A DNA stretch of 64,000 bases, from positions 19,406,001 to 19,470,000 of the forward strand of contig CATNEN010000038.1 in assembly GCA_950097015.1 (NCBI GenBank), given 5' to 3'. Source of the DNA: Macrostomum hystrix (lineage: Eukaryota > Animalia > Platyhelminthes). Of the stretch, positions 55,401 through 64,000 are shown piece by piece (position 1 is the first letter of the stretch; the number at the start of each line of letters is the position of its first letter). The notes beneath the pieces were generated by a model. It saw only the letters and a list, made by a program, of their open reading frames with translations. It was not told where the DNA came from and searched no databases. Position numbers and translations under genes: made by a program.

Positions 55401-58400
55401 GGTCTCCGCCTATCTGCAGTAGCCGCTTAACAACGGAATCGTGGCGCTGCAGCCGAGACGGGTCGGCGGTCTCCAGCGGATAGGCCTGTTCAAGCAGCTG
55501 GCCTAGGCGTTGTCGGATTACGCCTCGACGCTCAGCGACAGCCCGGTCACGGAGGGAGGTCATAAACCTGGGCAGGGATTTTCGGGCCATTTATCCTCCT
55601 TTTACAATGAGCACTCCATCCATGTGATTACTTTATAGCCCAAATGAAATAGCTTTGAAAAAATCTCCCTTCCGTTCCTTCAAATCTCCCCTCCGTTCTC
55701 CCTAAATATCCTCTTCGTACTCCCTAAATCTCCTTTTTGTTCTCCCTAAATCTCCCCTCCGTTCTCCCTAAATCTCCCCTCCGTTCTCCCTAAATCTCCT
55801 CTTCGTTATCCCTAAATCTCCCCTTCGCGTTCTCCCCTCCGATTATTCTAAATCTCCCCTCAGATCCTCCCAAATCTCCCTTCCGTTCATCCCTAATTCT
55901 TCCCTTCGATCTCCTAATCTTCATCTCTCCTTCGTTGTTAATATTCCCTCCCTCTCGGGAAATCTCCCCTCACTCCTCCCAACAGTACAAAAACTCACCT
56001 ATCGAACTCTCGCTCAGCTGTTGCGGTGCCAAACAGGGCAACAAAGGCGGCCACCTCGGGCCTACCGGCATTGGAATTCAACCAAGCGTCAAAGGCGGCC
56101 CTGTTAGTTGACTGTTGAAATGCGCCGCTCGGACTCAGCGTGGCAATCAGGGATTCCCTGAAGCCCAAATTAGCCGACTCGCACGCAGCCTGGTGGGCGG
56201 ACAGAGCTTCAGCGTAGGGCGTTGGTCTTAGACGATTTTTTTCAATAGCTCCAGCCAACAGGCGAAATGCTTCGTCAACGTTGACGCCCAGATGTGCGGA
56301 GGTCTCAACGGTGCCGACTAAATTAGCCAGCGGTTTGGCCGCCTTTCGCAGAGCCTCCATCTGGCGCCCGTGCGACTCCGTCGATTGGTTGGCTAGCAGG
56401 TCCATTTTGGTGACAGCCAGGACGCAGGGTCGCTTGGCTTTGGCTGCAGAGGTTGGCAAAGTCGCTTCAGTGTTGAAATTATTGGAATAGAAATTGCCTA
56501 TTGCCTAAACTCAAATAACCCAACTTTTATTTGAAAGTAGGTTCGCTTTGTTGCTTAATCTTATACTTTTCTAGTTGAATCTCACTCCATCCTACTTTAA
56601 TCCCACCCTAATTTAATTGAATCTCACTCAATCCTATTTTAATCTCACCCTAATTCAGTTAAATCTCACTGCATCCTACTTTAATCTCACTCTATTTTAG
56701 TTAAATCTAATTGCATCCTACTTTTATCTCACCCTAATCTAGTTAAATCTCACTCCACCCTACTCTAATCTAACCCAAATTAAGTCAATACTCACTCCAC
56801 CCTACTTTAATCTCACCCGAATCTAGTTAAATCTCACTCCACCCTACTCTAATCTAACCCAAATTAAGTCAATACTCACTCCACCCTACTTTAATCTCAC
56901 CCGAATCTAGTTAAATCTCACCCTATAATTTTCTCACTCTTCTCACTTTTTTCACTCTCTATTCCGCTCAGACAAAGTGAGAGTGTACACTCCTTGACGA
57001 CGAGAAAGTCAGGGCAGATGTACACACCTGTGCCTGTGTGCATAAGAAGTCAGCGGAATGGGCAGAAATTGTCTCCTCGCTGGCTGCAGGTCTATTGTCC
57101 TGCAGATGTACCAGTGCTCACAGACTTCCAGCAGATATTTCTATAGCTTTAGCAGTAGCATCCCAAAGCAGAGCAATCTGCTAGGTCACTCACCCAGAAA
57201 TGGAGCCAGCTCCTTGAGAAAGGCGCACTGGCGTTCAAAATTAGCCGAACCGTCGAAACAGATGACAAATCCATTGATTAGCAGGGCACCGTCTGGCGCT
57301 CTCACTTTAGGATAATCGTCTTCAAATCCCAATTGATCCCAACAGATCCAAGCTAGCTTCTGGCTAGTGTACAGTTTAGTAGCCGTGCACCTAACAACAT
57401 AAGGCTCGCTGTAGCTGAACACTTTCAGATTGGCATCGTTGGCTATTTCAGTCTGCTCAACAATGTGAAACAGCTGATGTGTCTGAGACAGCTGGCCTGT
57501 GCCCCAGTAGATCCAGTGGGTGCTGCGCAACACTTGGCCAGCAAAGTCAGGCTCCGACACAATGGAACTGTGCCTGCGGTGAGACACAGGGAGATTGTAG
57601 GTGAGACAACGAGGAGATTGTAGGTGAGACAAAGGGAGATTGTAGGTGAGACAAAGGGAGATTTTAGGTGAGACAAAGGGGAGATTGTAGGTGAGACAAA
57701 GGGGAGATTGTAGGTGAGACAAAGGGGAGATTTTAGGTGAGACAAAGGGGAGATTGTAGGTGAGACAACGGGGAGATTGTAGGTGAGACAACGAGGAGAT
57801 TGTAGGTGAGACAACGAGGAGATTGTAGGTGAGACAACGGGGAGATTGTAGGTGAGACAACGGGGAGATTGTAGGTGAGACAACGAGGAGATTGTAGGTG
57901 AGACAACGAGGAGATTGTAGGTGAGACAACGAGGAGATTGTAGGTGAGACAACGAGGAGATTGTAGGTGAGACAACGAGGAGATTGTAGGTGAGACAACG
58001 AGGAGATTGTAGGTGAGACAACGAGGAGAATGTAGGTGAGACAACGAGGAGATTTTAGGTGAGACAACGAGGAGATTGTAGGTGAGACAAAGAGAGATTG
58101 TAAATGAGACAAAGAGAGATTGTGGGTGAGATAAAGAGAGATTGTAGGTGAGACACAGGGAGATTGTAGGTGAGACAAAGATAGATTGTAAATGAGACAC
58201 AGGGAGATTGTAGGTGAGACAAAGATAGATTGTAAATGAGACACAGGGAGATTGTAGGTGAGACAAAGGGAGATTGTAGATGAGACAAAGGGAGATTTTA
58301 GGTGAGACAAAGGGATATTTTAGGTGAGACAACGGATATTGAATTTTAGGTGTCACAAAGAGAGATTGTAGGTGAGACAACGGGGAGATTGTAAGTGAGA

Positions 58401-58814
58401 CAACGGGGAGATTGTAGGTGAGACAACGGGGAGATTGTAGGTGAGAAAAAGGATACTGAATTGTAGATGAGACAAAATGGCATTGTAGGTGTAACAAAGT
58501 GACTTTGTAGTCAAGACAAAAGTACATTGTAGGACTTTGCATTATGTTACTATCCATAGGTGAATAAAACAAACGCTAGTCAGTACACACATCCCATACC
58601 TGTCTCGATAATTATCGGCTCCGGGTCTAACAAACCGATTGCACAGACAGGACTTGCCAACGCCTTTTACTTCGGCTTCGGATGCCTTAGAGGACATGCC
58701 GATGACGCTGACGCAGTAGGTGTTGCCGATGCCGGCGCCTCCTCCTCCGCCGCTGCCGCCGACGCTACCGCCGGTGCTGCCACTGACGCCTATTGGAACG
58801 CCTTTCATTAGCAT
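49453..58814 (-). CDS. p190 RhoGAP (ARHGAP35/ARHGAP5 family), ~1425 aa
   Basis: Exons 58814-58600, 57573-57194, 56443-55999, 55567-55282, 54011-53733, 53174-52484, 52104-50757, 50086-49453; the last two junctions are less certain. N-terminal GTPase-like domain (GVGKSCLCNRFVRPGAD, HSSIVSEPDFAG..HWIYWG, VTKMD, VETSAHLGVNVDEAF), pG2-like LIALVCGDP, and a RhoGAP domain with arginine finger (EGVYRVGG) and KMTSANLALCWAPTL. Confidence 0.9.
50188..50632. repeat. 21-bp minisatellite (GTTTGAGTTGGGATCTGGACA), last p190 intron
   Basis: ~21 tandem copies. Confidence 0.95.
52179..52425. repeat. 44-bp G-rich minisatellite, p190 intron 6
   Basis: GAGAGGCCGGACTGGGGCGCGTGTACATTGGGGCAAGGGGTAGG, ~5.5 copies. 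Confidence 0.88.
54093..55246. repeat. 30/29-bp minisatellite (GAGATGGGGTTGGGATTAGAATTGAAGATA), p190 intron 4
   Basis: ~38 copies; a 120-bp higher-order unit x3 near the right end. Confidence 0.95.
55661..55980. repeat. Degenerate 22-bp repeat (AAATCTCCCCTCCGTTCTCCCT), p190 intron 3
   Basis: Imperfect tandem copies. Confidence 0.8.
56572..56925. repeat. Degenerate ~42-bp repeat (AAATCTCACTCCACCCTACTTTAATCTCACCC...), p190 intron 2
   Basis: Imperfect tandem copies. Confidence 0.8.
57579..58532. repeat. 22/23-bp minisatellite (GAGATTGTAGGTGAGACAACGAG), p190 intron 1
   Basis: Fills almost the whole intron up to the acceptor. Confidence 0.95.
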
Positions 58815-59003
58815 GATAGAAAAGGTCACCGTCGCTGTTGAATCGAAGCGCTAAATTCCTTATTCCTGTCAAAGCCACACACGCTGACAGATTGAATATT
58901 TTTTTTTGCGAGGCGACAAGTGCCTAAATGAAACGCTTAACCGCCTTTGGCACAGTTGACAGCCTGAAAAAGAAACGTTATTTTTAAAGCTATTTTAGCC
59001 TGC

Positions 59004-59945
59004 ATCAACTGTACACCTAGACTCTAATATCAACTGTACACCTAGACTCTAATATCAACTGTACACCTAGACTCTAATATCAACTGTACACCTAGACTCT
59101 AATATCAACTGTACACCTAGACTCTAATATCAACCGTACACCTAGACTCTAATATCAACCGTACACCTAGACTCTAATATCAACTGTACACCTAGACTCT
59201 AATATCAACTGTACACCTAGACTCTAATATCAACTGTACACCTAGACTCTAATATCAACTGTACACCTAGACTCTAATATCAACCGTACACCTAGACTCT
59301 AATATCAACTGTACACCTAGACTCTAATATCAACTGTACACCTAGACTCTAATATCAACCGTACACCTAGACTCTAATATCAACTGTACACCTAGACTCT
59401 AATATCAACTGTACACCTACACTCTAATATCAACTGTACACCTAGACTCTAATATCAACTGTACACCTAGACTCTAATATCAACTGTACACCTAGACTCT
59501 AATATCAACTGTACACCTAGACTCTAATATCAACTGTACACCTAGACTCTAATATCAACCGTACACCTAGACTCTAATATCAACCGTACACCTAGACTCT
59601 AATATCAACTGTACACCTAGACTCTAATATCAACCGTACACCTAGACTCTAATATCAACCGTACACCTAGACTCTAATATCAACTGTACACCTAGACTCT
59701 AATATCAACTGTACACCTAGACTCTAATATCAACCGTACACCTAGACTCTAATATCAACCGTACACCTAGACTCTAATATCAACTGTACACCTAGACTCT
59801 AATATCAACCGTACACCTAGACTCTAATATCAACTGTACACCTAGACTCTAATATCAACTGTACACCTAAGACTCTAATATCAACCGTACACCTAGACTC
59901 TAATATCAACCGTACACCTAGACTCTAATATCAACCGTACACCAA
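59004..59945. repeat. 25-bp minisatellite (AACYGTACACCTAGACTCTAATATC) upstream of the p190 5' acceptor
   Basis: ~37 near-identical copies. Confidence 0.96.
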
Positions 59946-60525
59946 CCGTACACAGCTGTACAACTGTACAAATAAACCTAGACCCCTAGAAGTAGAATAT
60001 AAAAAGCAGAAAACACTTAACAGAATGAAAGCTGCAATGCCAACTGTATCTCGATAATTATCGTCCAGTTTACTTGCATTAATTCACTAATTCGAGAAGC
60101 ATTTTCTATATATGCATAGCATTGCATAAAAAATTTATTGCAAAACAAGTCTAAATAATTGTTTTTTAATATAAAAAATAGGAAGCAAGTAATTTGCAGA
60201 TTCATAAATAATATGTAGCATAATTATATTAGTGTAAGAAAATAGAGGAAGCATTATAAGAAAATAAGACTATACCATAAAGGCAGTATTTGGTAAGTTC
60301 GATAACACACAAACATAAGCTATGCAATGTTTGTACAGATGAAATAGTAAATAGATTAACTGCATATGCAGTCATTCCGTGATAAATGTAAGAAATACGA
60401 TTTAGTCAATTAACAAATAATTATCTGCATTTAATCAGCTTGATACTAACAGTAGGTAGTACAAGGGCACATGTTTTAGTCAAACCATCATAATATAAGA
60501 TCTTGGCAGCTAACTGTAACTACAC

Positions 60526-61036
60526 AATTAGCCTGTCATTACCCCACCTTAACAGATAATTAGCCTGTCATTACCCCATCCTTAACAGATAATTAGCCTG
60601 TCATTACCCCATCCTTAACAGATAATTAGCCTGTCATTACCCCACCTTAACAGATAATTAGCCTGTCATTACCCCATCCTTAACAGATAATTAGCCTGTC
60701 ATTACCCCATCCTTAACAGATAATTAGCCTGTCATTACCCCACCTTAACAGATAATTAGCCTGTCATTACCCCATATTAACAGATAATTAGCCTGTCATT
60801 ACCCCACCTTAACAGATAATTAGCCTGTCATTACCCCATATTAACAGATAATTAGCCTGTCATTACCCCCACCTTAACAGATAATTAGCCTGTCATTACC
60901 CACACCTTAACAGATAATTAGCCTGTCATTACCCCACCTTAACAGATAATTAGCCAGTCATTACCCCATCCTTAACAGATAATTAGCCTGTCATTACCCT
61001 ATCCTTAACAGATAATTAGCCAGTCATTACCCCACC
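60526..61036. repeat. 32/33-bp minisatellite (AATTAGCCTGTCATTACCCCACCTTAACAGAT)
   Basis: ~16 tandem copies. Confidence 0.95.
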
Positions 61037-61675
61037 GTAGAAGATAGACTAGCCAGTTCTTACTATGTTTAGCTAACGCAAAACACATTTCAATTTAATG
61101 TTATATTTAAGTGGTAACATAGAAATGGCATTACATTGGCAGTTCTAGCAAAACTACTGTCAACAGTCCATATTTTAAAATACAATTGTCAATTAAAGCA
61201 TGAAATTTACAGTTTAAAAATACAAAAAATAGACATTTAAATATTATAAACAATACGTCAGAACTAATAGTAGAAATACTGCTGAAGAGATAGATAAAAA
61301 AAGAGAAAATTTATTTTTGCACATCTAAAATATTGAAAAAATGGACTATTAGTCTTTAGGCCTATTCATGAATGCAATAGAAAGGCAGCTTTATTTTAAA
61401 AAAACACACAACAGTAATATACAGCAAACTGTAAATTACCAAGTTTTTTTTCAGCAATTTTAACAAAAAATTAATTAGCACTTGTTAATATAGCACCCAG
61501 ATAAGCACTGAGCATTGTTCTTAAAATCCCTAAGCTGAGTTGAGTAATAAAAAATCAATTAGTTTCAAAAGTAAAAAACAGGCCTAACTAAGAAACCCGC
61601 GATGGAAAAATCGCACTTTTAAGAAGCAAATATACCTGCATGCATATAAAAATATGTATTACAAACTACTGAATA

Positions 61676-62358
61676 CTATCAGTTCCCGCTCTCTCCCACC
61701 CTCTGCTATCAGTTCCCGCTCTCTCCCACCCTCTGCTATCAGTTCCCGCTCTCTCCCACCTTCTGCTATCAGTTCCCGCTCTCTCCCACCCTCTGCTATC
61801 AGTTCCCGCTCTCTCCCACCCTCTGCTATCAGTTCCCGCTCTCTCCCACCCTCTGCTATCAGTTCCCGCTCTCTCCCACCTTCTGCTATCAGTTCCCGCT
61901 CTCTCCCACCCTCTGCTATCGGTTCCCGCTCTCTCCCACCCTCTGCTATTAGTTCCCGCTCTCTCCCACCCTCTGCTATCAGTTCCCGCTCTCTCCCACC
62001 CTCTGCTATCAGTCCCCGCTCTCTCCCACCCTCTGCAATCAGTTCCCGCTCTCTCCCACCCTCTGCTATCAGTTCCCGCTCTCTCCCACCCTCTGCTATC
62101 AGTTCCCGCTCTCTCCCACCCTCTGCTATCAGTTTATGCTGTCTCCCACCCTGTGCTATCAGTTCATGCTGTCTCCCACCCTGTGCTATCAGTTCATGCT
62201 GTCTCCCACCCTGTGCTATCAGTTCATGCTGTCTCCCACCCTGTGCTATCAGTTCATGCTGTCTCCCACCCTGTGCTATCAGTTCATGCTGTCTCCCACC
62301 CTGTGCTATCAGTTCATGCTGTCTCCCACCCTGTGCTATCAGTTCATGCTGTCTCCCA
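61676..62358. repeat. 30-bp minisatellite with two variant domains
   Basis: AGTTCCCGCTCTCTCCCACCCTCTGCTATC x15, then AGTTCATGCTGTCTCCCACCCTGTGCTATC x~8. Confidence 0.95.
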
Positions 62359-63199
62359 TTCTACACTATTAGTGGAGATTTCAATCTCATAGTTTAGATT
62401 GTGTCTCATAGAAAAACAGAACATTAGGAATTCCTGTTTTAATTGCATATTTGATCGGGCAAGGGATCTTGCTTGAAAATTTGTATACTTTCGCAGCGGC
62501 TAATGTCTAAATGTAATCTGTATGGCACAGACAAAGCTTCAAGACAGAACAAATAGAAGATAGTAGAAGATGGAAAAACCCTACAGGATATTAAGGCAGT
62601 AGAAGAAGAGGTCTTTTTGACTATTTTATTTAGCAATCATTCTGATTCAGACAAGAGAAAGGCGTGTGTATTTCCTGTTTATCTATAGAATCAGTACAGG
62701 GAAGGGGCACGACTTGTGTGTCTGTGTGTGGTACATGTAGAAACCGGTTGTCTGTTGCACTTCTGCTTTGCAGGGGCAGGAAATAACGCACCACCTTGGA
62801 TTAAAAGGTGCGATTGAATTTCTAGACTAGGGACTAGAAACACAGCTTCAATTGCAAGCCTCATATAAACACTTTCATGTCGACAAAAGTACAATAAAAC
62901 CTTTACCCTCTAATTAATACTGTGGGTATTAAGGAAAATGGGATATTTAGAATACCTAGGGGATATTTTTTGAACTAAGGGGATATTTAGAATTCTGACG
63001 GGATAAGTTAGAAAAAAATTAAAGATATTTTGGCAATCGGGGTTCCGTTGTTTCGAAATAAAAAGCTTTTAAGCAACTAAAAAATTACTCTAAACTACAG
63101 ACACTTATCGATCACCAAAAATGTTATAGGGGCAGAAGTCGATAAGCCACAGTTGGCAAGCGATCATTGGCAGCAAAAACAGCAAAATTAGAGAATTAA

Positions 63200-63856
63200 T
63201 CACGAGATCTCAGCCTCATCATCGGTAGTGCTAGAATTGGTTAAGCCAGTATTGACAGGTCTCGGCGTAGACGTAGCCATCAGAGTACCGGATAGCGGTC
63301 GCACATTTGTCGCCGCACTACTATTAGTAGCTGCTGGCCCGGCCGAAGATGCGGCATGGCCAAGCACGAAGCCGAAACCGCCAACACCGGCTGGTACAAA
63401 TGTCGACGATAACGGCCGTGCGTTGCTACTATTAGTAGGCACTGTTGGCAATGGCCTCCTTGGCAGGGTGCTGGCCATTGTTGAATTGGGGCCGGCAATA
63501 GGAGATTCAACGCCTTCAATTAGAGGCTCATTTAATGGCGCAGCAGCAGCTGGAGACGTGCAGCCAAGAAGAAAAGTACAACCGGGCGGCACGCTGATTG
63601 GACGAGACGATCGGATGGCGACATTGTCGGGTAGGGGCAGATTGCCTGAATCATTTGACGGTGTGCGATTGTGCTGCAGATGTACAGACAGCCTGTTGCT
63701 TTGATTATTAGATAATTGGGCAAACTGTGGACGCTGCTGCTGCTGTTGCTGCTGCTGCGGCTGGGAGGACTGCCTGCGCAACGGGGGCGCCGGAGAACTT
63801 AGCAAAAGCTGCGACAGACGCACGGGTTGGGCGCGAACCCTCGGACCGACAACAGC
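63200..63856 (-). CDS. Probable terminal exon of an unidentified Pro/Ser/Gln-rich protein (gene starts beyond the window)
   Basis: Acceptor ..CCATTGCCAG before 63856; 218-codon open frame ending in TGA; exon-like GC content and polyQ as in neighbouring genes. Confidence 0.7.
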   Translation of the reverse strand, partial: AVVGPRVRAQPVRLSQLLLSSPAPPLRRQSSQPQQQQQQQQRPQFAQLSNNQSNRLSVHLQHNRTPSNDSGNLPLPDNVAIRSSRPISVPPGCTFLLGCTSPAAAAPLNEPLIEGVESPIAGPNSTMASTLPRRPLPTVPTNSSNARPLSSTFVPAGVGGFGFVLGHAASSAGPAATNSSAATNVRPLSGTLMATSTPRPVNTGLTNSSTTDDEAEIS

Positions 63857-64000
63857 CTGGCAATGGCGAGTGAGTTGGAGATTACATAATTAGTCAGTTG
63901 GTCTAATTATGCGCGGAATACATTCATGAGAAACTTCCTGTAGATAAAATGTACTTAATAAGACTAATTAGTTTGCAAATATGCGTATCTATCCAGCAAC

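Noticed and set aside
57579-58450. TAG|GTGAG recursive-splice-like motif in each unit
   Set aside because: It lies on the strand antisense to p190, and no plus-strand transcript is evident.

Overview
Eukaryotic (animal) genomic DNA. GC-rich exons with polyQ/polyA runs and minisatellite-filled introns resemble a Macrostomum-like flatworm genome (inference, not proven). I reconstructed spliced genes by hand with consistent intron phases: an alpha-arrestin (minus, runs off the left edge), Rab10 (plus), a multi-BH Bcl-2-family gene (plus), a 4xSH3 SH3D19-like adaptor (plus), p190 RhoGAP (minus) and the last exon of an unidentified Pro-rich gene (minus). Roughly 40% of the window is tandem repeat: an 11.7-kb 25-bp satellite with higher-order structure and over 20 mostly unrelated minisatellites. 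Eleven of the 17 coding introns carry their own array. Decayed transposons include a Merlin/IS1595-like deletion derivative, a Tc1/IS630-like deletion derivative, a MITE, a LINE 3' remnant and a possible hAT fragment. Most long ORFs in the supplied track are repeat artefacts. No CRISPR array, tRNA or rRNA was recognised.
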